Shown in pieces: positions 10,359-23,399 of a DNA stretch of 64,000 nucleotides. Each line of letters opens with the position of its first letter. Position 1 is the first letter of the stretch. Where the stretch lies: contig CM121342.1 of the NCBI GenBank assembly GCA_051530055.1, forward strand, positions 13,531,480-13,595,479, in the 5' to 3' direction. This DNA is from Neoechinorhynchus agilis (taxonomy: Eukaryota > Animalia > Acanthocephala). Made by a program: the position numbers and the translations under genes. The notes beneath the pieces were generated by a model that made no database searches, had not been told where the DNA came from, and worked only from the letters and a program-made list of their open reading frames with translations.

Positions 10359-13300
10359 CAAAAAAGGCATCTCTAGGATACTGTTTGAATAAAAACAAAA
10401 TCGGAAATCTACCCAAATAATTAATCTGACTTTCTGGTGGATATTTAAATTCAAGCGAAAAATGTCGTTTAAAAGAAACTATTGCTTAGAATGTGGTGAA
10501 GCGTAAAAGGATAGGTTTTTTTAGGTTTCACATCCATCAATGAGGTCGAGAAAACGAACTGGATAATCTTTTTAGGAGCACCGTATGGAAGGAATCAGGA
10601 ACCAAGTCGGATTTAACGTGGGTTTTCACGCTTTCAAATGGAATCGCTTACCATCGATTGCATTCAAATTTTATCCATTGATTTCCAAAACGTATGAGCA
10701 TCTAAAACGAACATCGGCTAATGAAACACCTAAATTCTTTCACTTTTGGCGATAAACGTTCAGAAAAGAAATTTAAATGCTTCATTGTTTCTTTTAGGCA
10801 GTAAAAATGATCGCAATAGCTCTGAAGTTGCCGATATTGAAGTAAAACGTATATTTACTCACATCATATAGACTGAACAGCTCGTTCAAAAACTTGATAA
10901 AAGCAAATCTTATAGGCTAAACGTTTGAAAACTTTCTAATAAAAAATCCCTGGTACGTTTAAATTCCATCTACCAAGTAAATTTTTTATCTCGCCATAGC
11001 ATTAGACGCTTTACTGATGATCCATTTCGGGGAAAAGTTCGATATCGTCATTATGATTGAAGAAACAACTTGGAATTAGTCTGCCACTTACAAATAATTC
11101 AATCACAATTTTTACTGGTTTAAATTAAAAATCTGCATTTCCTTTTTTTAACTGACTATTGAAACCTTTTCAGAATTTACTTTCTTGATCGAATTATGGA
11201 TCGTTATTAAGCTGAAAATAGCGAATCATTTCATTCAACATCTTTCCGCGAAACTGACAAGAGAAGATCAAATATTTTCAATTTACTTCGGCCACTTTCA
11301 CATCAAAAAGTAGCTGACACTTCGTGAATAAGGAAGCTATCAATAAAAAATATTGATTCTGATACAAGAAGCGAGTGATCATTGCAGATTTTTTTTAATG
11401 AGGTTCAATTATAAAGATCGATTCTCTATATTACATCATCCTCACTTTTGCAAAAAGTTCTGATGGGAACTGAGGAACCTCTTTATCATCCATTGCCTCG
11501 GGGATACATGCAGCATTCCCTTTCTGAATCACAGAGCTGATTCTCGGATGCGAGATTAGTTTCGCTAATCAGTTTAAGCACATTGTTCTGTGGCAATCAA
11601 TGGTTCCGGAAGAGATAAAATAGTACATTTGAATAAACAAAGTTTGTACTTTTTGTTCTTGGATCAAATCTCCGATAAAAATGGAGCAAAATATTCTTAA
11701 GATCTGGATTGTTTTCGCTTCAGATTATCATTTTGCTATTGATACATTGTCTGGAAAAAGCATCTTGCATACCTTTAGGGTCATCGTAAAACAAGAACAA
11801 ATAAAAGGAAACTGGTTATTTGCCATTAACTGTATCCTTCCAAGGCCAGGCATCTTCCATCACAGAATTACCAAAGATTTATTTTCTAGTTTGAGTCCCT
11901 GGTCACCAAAATAATATATTACATCAGAAGATCGCTCAATCAATAGATATTTGCGTCGATGAAGCTATCTTCGGGACTATTAAAGTTTTCCCGAATTTCA
12001 AAGCAATCGAAAATGAGCTTTGGCGAAAACGCAAGTCTTATTAATTTGCTTCAATTCATGACCCCGACACGTCTGCCCTTGGTGCACCAACCACTTAACC
12101 TCGTTCTAAACATTTCCATTTCTTAAAGAACACTTCGACTTCATTTTTTTGGCATTACCCATTTTATTACTCTCCTTGATTTGCAACAACTGTAAATTAT
12201 ATGTTTGAATATTGTGTTAATCATGCATTTCATGGCGGAAAAATTGAAGTAATTTATTAGGTCCGATACTTGCGAAATATTTCTAAAATAAAAATAAATG
12301 AGTAACGAAAACACCGGGGACAGGATTCGCCAACGCACAATCAAATTCACCCCGAGGACAATGATATATGAAATTAATATTATGTTCATTGAAGAAGTTA
12401 GGTTTTATAAATTTTATTCGTATTTTAAATACTCGTTTTTCCTCCCTTGCAAAAAATGAACGTAATTTGGCGCATTTAATTTCTTCAATTTTAATTTCCT
12501 CTAGTTAAAGCAACGTAACCTAGGCTTTGTTTTCTAAGTATTACAGATTCAAGGATTTAAAAAGTGAAAATCAGTTTTCTCGATGGACTCAATAAGTTTA
12601 TGACAAGAATAATTTAAGGCCCTCATAGTTTTTGTGTTTCATCAACCTCATTTAAGATATACTTTTAGCATAAGATCTTTTAATCTTTGATCTCTGATAG
12701 ATTTTCTTTTCAGAGCCGATAGGATCATTTGTCCCTCTGTGTACGTGATTCCGCAGTTCATTTTCCTCGTAAACGACACGTGACTTTTCAGACCGTCGAA
12801 TTTGGGATACGCCATGCATAACTTTTAAGCTGTCACTCGTTGAAATGCAACACTTGGATTCACAGAGCTTACACTATTCCTTAGTTTTTAACCGTAGACA
12901 AGTTGCTTTGGCATAAGGCACACACTAAGTACGAAAACTAGATAAAGTTCAGCATTACAAATCTAGTGTGATTTTAGATGAACCTAACAAGTAGTTGTAA
13001 AATTTCATTGAAATTTCGACTCCAAAAAGGAATTTCCGTATTCAATTTCTTTTCCCTAAAGAGGGCTTCCTTGAAGTTTGTTGCACTGTATTCAATTTTT
13101 TTGTAAACGCTAAGCCATGGCCTTTAAAGGAAGCAGGTAAATAAAGTCGAACTGGATTTAAAGGAGTCCGGTAGCGAATACCAACAAATAGCGTCAAAGT
13201 AGGGATTCGTGATTACTGCTGTGAAAAGTAAATATTGATAGCAAGAAAAGGGGGCGAAAATTTTACTTAATTTTCATATATAATTCAAAAACGGATTTCA

Positions 13301-14178
13301 TTCAAATGGCGCAGCTAACACTTTTGCCTGATAAACAAATTTCAGATTCCTTTCTCGAAAAAAGGAGATTAAAAAGATTATTAGCTAGAATTCAGGTGCT
13401 CGCATTTGTAAATCTCATGGGTAAAGGTCATCAATTCTTTTGATAATTCGGAGTCAGCGCATTGTTCCCCTAATGCTGTTACGTGGGAATTAAGATAGAC
13501 CGGAAAACTGTATAAGGCCCATTTCCCCGTACATTTCGCATGAAACACGGTAAATAGCTTCTCTGATAAATAAATGTTTCTCTGGATTGTTGCTTACCTT
13601 TTTCCATTGGACGCTGGTTTTTCTATAAATTTATTTACTTTTTGATGGGTATATCGTATTTAAAGAATTTTTACCTGTAAAAGACAATCGAGCAAGAGTC
13701 GCGGTTCAATTGGATTTTACCTCCCACTCCCCCGTTTAACTGCTTAAACTAGTTGAATCGACTCCGCTAATCTTTTCCATTTCTCAAATAATTTCTGATA
13801 TTTTCTCTCACACAATATATCATGGCATTAAAATCGTGAGTCATTAGTGGTTTACTCGCTGTCGGTTCTTGTGTAAACGTCTCTGAGGCACACAAAGACC
13901 TATCGATAGCGATAACTCATATCTTGTCATCATGTGAAATCTTGTCTGACATCGCAAACCCCTCCCCGCCCTCCGTGATTTGTGTATTTGCGTGTGCATT
14001 CAACCACAACTACCATCATCGGTTGACCTCACTTCGAAGTTTCAAACGCCACCTAGCCCGTCAACATTCCGTTCTATAGCCAGAAATCCTTTTCGCCTGA
14101 TTTGTCCACCAAATATTGCTTGAGGCGCCCATTTTTGATTCGCAGAATTCCTTTTTGTAGATCAGACATTTTGTGAAG

Positions 14179-15118
14179 ATGTTAGCGAAATCATCTTACG
14201 TCTCAATGATTGTATTTGCTGCGGCACTCATCGGACTTTCAACTCATGCGATTTGTGCATTTCTGATCACCGGACGAAGTCTTAATACCGATGGTTCTAT
14301 GCAGTGTGAAAAAGTGTAAGTGTTCAATTTCTTATTCCACTTGAATGTTAACAACGGTCTTTGATACAATAGAATCTCGATTTCGAGGATTGCCAATCTT
14401 GTACTGATTTGCGGAACTCTTATTGTACTCTGCATCCTTTTGCTAAACTCTATCTTTTTGTCCAAAGCTCACAGCGCAGACAGCTCCAAATCACAAAGAT
14501 TCATCATTCGAGCTGTTACAATCATCAATATTATGATAGCCACATTTTATCACTTAGCGTGGATTTCCTCCTTCGTCTTTTGGATATGGAGCTTTTTTAT
14601 GTTCAAAGCAGATACGGATGAGCAGTGCCAGTCTTTGAACAGTAAGTCTTGATCACGATTAGCAAGCACCTAAATTTTTTATGCTTAGACCAATCATTAC
14701 AAACAATGACAACCTTTAGGTGCATGTGGTCTCCGGATTCCTGTAACAAGCGGGACGTTGTTCGTATTTCTTGAAGCTAAATCTCCGTTTTACAACATTT
14801 TGCTTTTAGTACAAGTTCTATCAAATCCTTCTTATTATGTGTGCAGCTTCGTCTGCACTAATGTTCTTCTCAAGTGTAAGTAGTTTCAAATGCAAACTCG
14901 TTTCACTTCTTTACATTTTTTTCTAGATTTTTTACCTTATTTTTGGTGGATCCCTTTTTAGCAGATGGACGACGAACAGACAACCGAAACTTGAAATCAC
15001 ATCAAATCCAATGGAATCAACCAGGTCCATTCCCATAGTCGAACGGAGTTTGCCTGGAAATCCCGATTCGCCTCAACCAATGCAACATCCATCCATTAAA
15101 GCCAACACTGATTTTTAA
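14179..15118 (+). CDS. Uncharacterised small multi-pass membrane protein, 4-5 exons
   Basis: ATG 14179; exons 14179-14315 and 14373-14641 join in frame across a GTAAGT...TAG intron; further GTAAGT donors at 14642 and ~14876; hydrophobic segments; last exon ends ...KANTDF*; internal exon structure uncertain. Confidence 0.55.
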
Positions 15119-15699
15119 ACTGTTTTAGTCACAGTGGTAACAATGCAAATATTAGAGGATGAAATGTGTCTCGCAATTAGTTTTCGCTTTGCCATCACAA
15201 TAAATTATGCGCTGGGTGTGTCACGAAATAATTTACCCGAAGGTGGACCTGCCCAAAGCATCAATTCTCAAGATAAATTCCCAAAAATGATTTAATAAAA
15301 GAATCAGAAAACAAAGTTAATTCGAGATATCTACACGAGTGGTTCTTGTTATCTAGCAAACAAAAATGTGTTATTATTATCGTACATTCTAGCATAATGT
15401 TAAATATCACCCATAGGAACTTTGGTAAAGTGCTTCGAATTACGATACATAATCGTTCTAGATTGATAAAATGTGCTGCAGCATGAAAGCATAAAAAATT
15501 ATTTGCGATTTCATTGCAATGCAAAGCAGTATCATAAAGAGAGAAATCAGTAGATCATAAAAACTGTTTGGTCGCTAAATATTTAAAATAATACGTCCAA
15601 ATGCTGTGGCACAAACTTCGACAAAAACAAAATCGAACGTAACACCTCACGTGAATAACAAAAATTAAAAATATAAAATTTTTCCTTATTTGCACTTTC

Positions 15700-16610
15700 C
15701 GAAATCAGTAAACTGCAAAGAACTTCGCGGACTTAAAGCGTTCAACTTAGATTTGTACTTCAATGGATTTTTAAGGACAGAACAAATTCCTCGTATACCT
15801 CTGTTTTCCCTTCAGGAAAAATTGACAAGGTCAACATCAGATGTGATGCCGAGTGCATGATTAAACGCTTCCTATAACTAACAGCTGAACTCTCAGGATG
15901 CGACGCTATTCTAAGAAGAAATGGAAAAAGTTAGATCGTCAATCACGCCAACACAACAAAAAATAATCAACTATCTTAAACGAGGCGACTCCATTCACAT
16001 TATCGAAGCAGACAAAGGTAAAACAGTGGTGATCATTGATCGGCACCAATATGTTTCTGAAACTTAAGTCTACTCGTAAAGGAAAAATTCAATAAACTCC
16101 ACAAGGTTCCTACGAAATAAAGATAGAGGAACTTCAACTGATTTCTCTTAAACTGAAAAGCGATTTGAAACTTTATGATACTCTTTACCTCAAAGTTCTT
16201 TCAAGATGTGCATCCCCGAGATTTCTATACACTATGCCAATAATTACAAACCTGTGCCCTCATTTTGTCATAACATAGCAAGGAAGATCAACTAGTGGAT
16301 CTGAACATGCAGTAATGAGAATCTCTGGTACATAAAAGATGGGCCTTCATTCGTCATTGAAATCAGAAGCTATAATCAATCTGAACACAGATTCCTAACA
16401 GCGGATGTCAATTCGTTATTCACCAATCTCTTCTACCACCCATAAAAGTGCCATCGAACCTTCTAAAAAATGAACTTTTCCTTGTCTTACGAATAATGAG
16501 TGCATCGAATCACGTCGATGAGGTTTTCTGCATTTTCAAATCAAACCCTAAGCTCATTCCGAGAACAAAAATAACACGAGAAATTTCCTCGACGTAGTCG
16601 AAGTTGTTCT
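15700..16610 (+). mobile_element. Highly decayed Penelope-like element RT remnant
   Basis: SITPTQQKIINYLKRGDSIHIIEADKGKTVVIIDR, PRF, FLTADVNSLFTN, HVDEVFCIF, NFLDV: PLE RT motifs in order, with stops and deletions. Confidence 0.75.
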
Positions 16611-16699
16611 GAGCAATCTCTTAGAACCGCAAAGCTCGTCAAGTGGAGCAAAGAAATAAAAGAAAAACTTAAAATGGAACCGATGAAAAAAGTGATCTT

Positions 16700-18044
16700 T
16701 GTTTGAGGGAAAATGAGCTAAAATCACGAATGAAGTTTAATCAGTTTGCTCATCAGGTTAGCCAAAACATCGCAGTGGTCAAGAAAGATTATTGGAAAGC
16801 ACTTTCAGTGAATTGAACGAGATACACGAATACACTAATGAATTACTCAAGGAAATCGATGGAAGAGAATTGCTATTTATTTGTCAAAGAAAGCAGATTG
16901 AGGAACCGAAGGGCGAATTAAGTCCATTAAAACACGCAAGGGTACAGTATCCAGGGAACTCCAAAGAGATAAATAAGTACGTTGAACATTTTCGCATATT
17001 CGAGAAAAATTTGGAAAAAGAAAGCCGCTCGTCTGAGCGCAGATTAAATGAATACCGCAAGAGAGCTGAGCGCAAAGATATACAAATGCAAAAGGATATG
17101 AATCCAATAGTAAAATCAAGGGCCAGAGCAGAACATCTTCTCGACCAAGCAAAGACTGAGATTGTAGAGCAAAAATGAGTAAAGAAAGATTTACTCAGGG
17201 AACCTGTGGATCGCAAAGAAAGAGCTGACAATGGAGACTGCCAGGACAAAATACTTTTAAAAAAGCAACAACGAGTTGTTTGAAAATTTTCGACCGAAGT
17301 GAAATGAAGAATCTTGAAATTATGAGTGCCTACAGAGAACTCATTGGCTTGCTTAAAGAAAACAAAAAAATGAAACGTTGGGAACTAAATTGAAGGAAGA
17401 GATGAGAAAGCCATCGCCTGGAGCCTTAAAGCAATTGGAAAGAATCAGAGGTCAATTGAGAGTTCAAGTAAAGATGCAATGCGAAGAACTTAAAGATATT
17501 CGAGTGCGAAACATTGATTTGGGGGGAAAGTATTCACGAGCGCTCGAGGATATTAAATGAGAAAAGCAGGGCCGCTTATTGTAAAAACGGACTCTTGCTC
17601 TACATAATGCGCCATTCAGGTTTCGGGGCAATGTATCAAATGAGAGATCGACGAATTTTTCGAGGATGGAAACTGCAAGGTTATCGAATGGGGATATGGA
17701 AACGAGATAACTCCAACATGGAAGTGCCGAGAACAGAATTGGTAATCTCAAGGAAAATTCGAGCAGGCAGCGGGCAATCGTCTGGAACAGAAACGCTCTT
17801 AACAGTTCGGTGCAATCTCATTTATTGAGAGAAAAGAGTTCCACTTTGTGTCCTACAAGGAAAGTTCAAGCAAGCATCCAAATAAGAAATAACTCGGAAT
17901 TGAACGGCGCCATTAAGACCAGGATAGGATTGTTGGGGCCAGCTAATCCATCAAACCTGCATATGACCGCTCCGTCTGAATGGTAAAATTGATAAATTCG
18001 AAGCAACTGACAATCACGAGCCAATAAACGAGTATCGGACCGAA
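16700..18044 (+). repeat. ~1.3-kb dispersed duplicated segment, copy 1; decayed coiled-coil-like coding sequence
   Basis: Inverted near-identical copy at 46351-47850; the ORF track shows matching ORFs (128, 121, 104, 95, 91 aa); AATAAA near the shared end. Confidence 0.9.
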
Positions 18045-18149
18045 TGAATTCTTTACTTTTGAAAATAAAACGTGAGATATTATGCTTTCAAATCTACGGT
18101 TTTGCCTATTCACACCTGATCTTCATTTTATATAAATATTTCGCATGTT

Positions 18150-19120
18150 AGATAAAGTAATGGTTTATCTCCATTTCGAATGAGTCACCTTCAGCTCCTC
18201 TAAACTATGTCATTGTCTGTGGTAACAAAAAGTTCAAATGTGAGGTATTAAATAAGAAATTGCATTATAAGAATTCATCTTGCTCTTCTTTGATGCGCTG
18301 TTACCCTCAAATGACTAACAAAAAGACTGTACTCAAAGCGATCTTATTAATCTTTTGTTCCAACAAATCATAGTTAAGTTCTTTATATGCGCGCAGAGAT
18401 GCGATTTTTAAGTATTACCAGTCTTGAAATTTCAGAGACACATCAATGTTATCGAAACCTAGCAGCCAAAGGTATTTTAGACTTCATAAGCCAAGCAAAG
18501 TTATCGATAGTCCAAAATCCAGTCTGGATTAAATAAACTTATACTTTGTTATCCTCCCCAATTAACTTGCAGACTTCTCACATTTTTCAATACTTTTCGT
18601 CGTCACCATTTTCACCTTTTCCAATGATGTCTAAAGTTGTTGCAAGAACTATAGAGCATAAATTGTAAAAGGCTAACGAACTCATTTGGGTTACTGAGTA
18701 TTAAAATTTTTTTGAATAAAACCAAGTTTATTTGGGATTTAGACCATGAAATGAGTTAATTTCGTGCTCAAAGAAAAAAAGGTACCTCGTAGATACTTTT
18801 AAATCTTTACCAAAAATCAGATCTAAGATTACATCTTTGTTGGATGTGCTGAACACCATTGTGGTGGTTAAAACCTTTTCCGATGAGCTTATGTTAGATC
18901 TTGAATTCAATTTCGCAGTAATCAGTCATAAAATCAAGACTTCAATTTGTAATTCCGATTTTCCACGAGATCGGCAAAGACAATATGCGGTTCTTTGACT
19001 CACGAATTTTGAATGAGTTGAGGAGCATTGATGTAAATCCTTGGAATTCATTTTGTGTTCGTTGACATTCATGAGACTGTGATGACAACTGGATCGAACT
19101 AAACATGACGACAGATCTAA
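18150..19120 (-). pseudogene. Possible decayed leucine-rich-repeat-type coding sequence
   Basis: Fragments such as SLKYLWLLGF, LKNVRSLQV and NRILSLP among many stops; weak. Confidence 0.2.
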
Positions 19121-19183
19121 CCAACTAAGCTACCTGAATTTCAATTTCACCTAGCGATATTCACTCAGAAAATTGATTTATAT

Positions 19184-19222
19184 TGAAAATTTTCGGCCTT
19201 TTCGTTGGCCTTCTTCAGTCAG
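19184..19222 (-). ncRNA. Minimal hammerhead-ribozyme-like motif at the PLE 3' end (left arm)
   Basis: Reverse complement of CTGAAGA-AGGCC-AACGAAAA-GGCC-GAAAATTTTC. Confidence 0.55.
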
Positions 19223-21477
19223 ATCTAGAACTTAAAAAGGAACGTTATCAATTAGTTTATCCGGTGGGACTCGTAGATTGAGTTTGTAGTCAGCTTTGTT
19301 GCCAACAAAAGTATCTGTTTGCTGGATCATGATGGCTTCCATGGTCACTCTGTCGCGTCTTACGTCACTCCTCGCAAGAACTTCGACGCCGTCAAAATTC
19401 ATCTCATGCTTATTGCCATTGATGTGGGACACTATCGCCGAGCTCACATCAGACTTTTTAAGAGCTGCTCTTCTGTGTTCCGCAATCCTTCTTTTTAGAT
19501 TGTTCGTTTGTCCCACATATGACAGACTGCAATTCGCACATGGGATCTTATAAACACATCCAGCAGGAAGATCTTCATTCTTCGGTCGGAGTATTCCTTG
19601 CAGAGTCCTTCCCTTCCTACTATATGTACTGAACATCTTGTCCCTATCGATTCGTTTTATTAGGGTTTCTATTTTAGAGTTCCATTGATCACTGATGAAT
19701 GGCGTCTCAATAAATTGCTTCTTTTCCTCCTGATTGTCTGTTCTATCCACACGAACATATCGAGCTGTCTTCATACATTTCTCAATGTACATCCTTGGAT
19801 ATCCACTCACTTTTAGTTTGTTGTATATCCAATTTAATTCATATTTCAGTAATACCTCATCCGAACAATACCGAAATGCTCTGATGTACATCGACCTGGC
19901 TCTTGCCAATTTGTATCTGATCGGTTGAGCAGAGATCCATGGGACCACCATATGTGGAACCCCTTGCTTCCTATAAACCGACGTCATGAACCCATGTCCC
20001 GGACTGCGTGTTACTCGTACGTCCAAAAAAGGTAAATTACCATTTTCCTCCTCTTCCATTGTCCATTTTATATTTTGGTGGCAGCTATTTAGCTCTTCGA
20101 CAAGTTGTATCGGTGAACTCCTATTGGGATCTAGGATAATGAACGTATCATCCACATATCTTAGCCAGAGATTCACACCCTTCAACTTAGACAAATATTT
20201 ATCTTCCCATGTTCTCATATATAGCTCCGCCAATACTGGGGACAGTGGACTTCCCATCGCCAGCCCATCCACCTGGTCAAAATTTTCATTTTCAAACGCA
20301 AAGTTTGAATATTGTGTACAAAATTGAAGGAGCTGACGCCAGTTAACAGCTGAGAGCTTCCATTCTGAACAGTTTTTAACCAACAAGTTTGTGGCTAGCT
20401 CAATTACCTCTTTCACCGGTATCTTAGTAAATAAGGACGTAACATCTGCAGAAACCATGAGACCAGATGGCGGAGCTATATATGAGAACATGGGAAGATA
20501 AATATTTGTCTAAGTTGAAGGGTGTGAATCTCTGGCTAAGATATGTGGATGATACGTTCATTATCCTAGATCCCAATAGGAGTTCACCGATACAACTTGT
20601 CGAAGAGCTAAATAGCTGCCACCAAAATATAAAATGGACAATGGAAGAGGAGGAAAATGGTAATTTACCTTTTTTGGGCGTACGAGTAACACGCAGTCCG
20701 GGACATGGGTTCATGACGTCGGTTTATAGGAAGCAAGGGGTTCCACATATGGTGATCCCATGGATCTCTGCTCAACCGATCAGATACAAATTGGCAAGAG
20801 CCAGGTCGATGTACATCAGAGCATTTCGGTATTGTTCGGATGAGGTATTACTGAAATATGAATTAAATTGGATATACAACAAACTAAAAGTGAGTGGATA
20901 TCCAAGGATGTACATTGAGAAATGTATGAAGACAGCTCGATATGTTCGTGTGGATAGAACAGACAATCAGGAGGAAAAGAAGCAATTTATTGAGACGCCA
21001 TTCATCAGTGATCAATGGAACTCTAAAATAGAAACCCTAATAAAACGAATCGATAGGGACAAGATGTTCAGTACATATAGTAGGAAGGGAAGGACTCTGC
21101 AAGGAATACTCCGACCGAAGAATGAAGATCTTCCTGCTGGATGTGTTTATAAGATCCCATGTGCGAATTGCAGTCTGTCATATGTGGGACAAACGAACAA
21201 TCTAAAAAGAAGGATTGCGGAACACAGAAGAGCAGCTCTTAAAAAGTCTGATGTGAGCTCGGCGATAGTGTCCCACATCAATGGCAATAAGCATGAGATG
21301 AATTTTGACGGCGTCGAAGTTCTTGCGAGGAGTGACGTAAGACGCGACAGAGTGACCATGGAAGCCATCATGATCCAGCAAACAGATACTTTTGTTGGCA
21401 ACAAAGCTGACTACAAACTCAATCTACGAGTCCCACCGGATAAACTAATTGATAACGTTCCTTTTTAAGTTCTAGAT

Positions 21478-21516
21478 CTGACTGAAGAAGGCCAACGAAA
21501 AGGCCGAAAATTTTCA
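21478..21516 (+). ncRNA. Minimal hammerhead-ribozyme-like motif at the PLE 3' end (right arm)
   Basis: CTGAAGA core, GGCC/GGCC stem II, GAAA, palindromic GAAAATTTTC stem III; PLEs are known to carry such minimal hammerheads. Confidence 0.55.
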
Positions 21517-21979
21517 ATATAAATCAATTTTCTGAGTGAATATCGCTAGGTGAAATTGAAACAATAATGATTAATTTCTTTACAACTACCTGAATTATCG
21601 CGGAGGTGAGTATGCCAGAATTAATAAAACCTAGAAATAGTGAGCACAGTGAATAAATGACTAGAATAATTAAAAGAAGGAACCTTTATATTGAGTGGTA
21701 TTGTTTCGTTTCTTTCAAAAAATTTAATCAACATTTTAAGCTTTTTTTATGTGCTAGTTTTTCGACAATATGTTCTTTTTGAAGCTAAAAGGGTATGATG
21801 ATGTAGAAGCGAAGTATCTATTACTCATTTTTCAGTGATTAGTCAATGCAGAGATCGAGAAAGGATGATGCACAGTTGCTAAAATTCCTAAAAGTAACAC
21901 GGGAAACAAAGAATCTAACCCGTTTGAGCTTAACTTTTTAAAATGAATGCGGTACAGATGATCCTTTGTGCATTTCTAG

Positions 21980-22617
21980 TTCAATTATCGGCGATATTTC
22001 CAACTGAAACGCAAAATCGGCAAACCTTAACAGGGTCCGTGCTTACATTCGACGTTTTAAAAGAATACATATTCGACGAAAGCGTTAACGTACAAAGTCA
22101 GTGATTACGATCTCTCTATCACTAGCAGAATCGCAATCGATGGCAAAGATCGCTGTGGAAGGAAACTCCGAGTGCATTTTACATACACTGATACTCATAA
22201 TTGTTCTTTGATTGGTTACTGCAGAGTCGAGTACCAAAGAGACTTTATATATTCTAACGTAGCGATGTTCTTTAAGCGATTACTCTGAAAAAGAAACATT
22301 GCTACTGAAAAGGATACTTTGATAGTGTGGTTTATATACGAGATTGGAGAACTCCCTGTAAAGTCATAAGCATTAATGGTAGAGAGCCACTTCCGACCAT
22401 AAAACGGATACTTGCTGATTATTCGGCAGAGTACCGCAACCATCCTAACCAGTACCGATTTTCTTGGAATGTCTTACAAATGATTACCAGCGAATGTGAT
22501 CGCCATAAAACTCTTGTCGTCGGTGGTTACCATTACTCCAATTGCTCTGGATTAATGCCCATTGATCTAAAGGATCTACGAAATCAACATGAATTAATTT
22601 ATGGGCCATGGTGGTAG
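21980..22617 (+). CDS. Probable 3' exons of an uncharacterised small protein gene
   Basis: Open exon-like blocks with AG/GT borders ending in ORF 22327..22617 (...HELIYGPWW*); start not resolved. Confidence 0.35.
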
Positions 22618-23259
22618 ATAACTAGATTTATTAACAAGAGCAGTATATGTTAATTTTTAGCTTAAAGATGTTATGAAATGTAATGCTGAAAATCGGGCAC
22701 ATATTTGTTTATATTATAGACTTTAAAAATTAAATCATGGTGTCGTGTCTTTGGTAAAATATGAGGTGGTACCAATGTTTAAAAATATCCTTAAGCAACA
22801 TCGTGTAATTTTATTGATAAACCTCTGAAGTATTACTAATGAAGTAAGTAAAGGGGGGGGGTGAAATAATTCGACGAATGCGCAATCCAATCTCTAATTT
22901 AGCTTTTAAGCAGTCAACGTTCAACTAAAGTCAAAAATTCGAAAGTACTGTCGTTCTAGCATTTAAGGTTATATCTTCGCTGATAAGCTTGAAATAATAC
23001 TTAGGATGTTGTCGCGAAAGTGAAAAGAAATTTTATTTATAATAATACGCTCAATACGTACTTAATTACTTATAAGATGTGATTGTTTCAAATTTAAACA
23101 TCGAACGGAATAAAGCTTAAATAATTCATAAATGGCTAATGAAACACATCACATCTATTTACATACTGAAACATTTTGACTGGACTAAGGTGAATTAAAT
23201 AAACGGAAACGAAATCCGCTGTGTAAATGATACGCACCGTGAACAATGATACTTTATAT

Positions 23260-23383
23260 TGTAGTGACCACTAACGACGTCATAAGGTTCATGTTAACGT
23301 TTTCCCTGTTATGTTGAATAAAAGAACCATTTTTGTGCGGCGACAGTAGATTTTTCGATCTACTGATGCCAGCTACCACAACA
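23260..23383 (+). repeat. 5' LTR (TG...CA, ~124 bp)
   Basis: About 90% identical by eye to 26760-26881. Confidence 0.9.
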
Positions 23384-23385
23384 AT

Positions 23386-23399
23386 TGGTGACCCCGACG
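23386..23399 (+). promoter_or_regulatory. Primer-binding site complementary to the tRNA-Trp 3' end
   Basis: TGGTGACCCCGACG immediately after the 5' LTR. Confidence 0.85.

Larger units (their letters stand above)
19141..21585. mobile_element. Penelope-like element insertion: two 5'-truncated RT + GIY-YIG copies joined head-to-head
   Basis: ORFs 19232..20491(-) and 20467..21468(+) with SADVTSLFT, GLAMGSPLSP, RYVDD, LPFLD and GIY-YIG (GCVYKIPC...YVGQT...RIAEHR...E); ~1.08-kb arms differ by 2 aa; 11-bp target duplication CTACCTGAATT at 19130-19140 and 21586-21596. Confidence 0.95.

Noticed and set aside
10700-12200. Decayed LRR-like gene
   Set aside because: Only vague Leu-rich fragments among many stops; not supportable
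12680-13760. Multi-exon gene on the minus strand
   Set aside because: Some splice-like signals and short open blocks exist, but I could not assemble a consistent or recognisable protein
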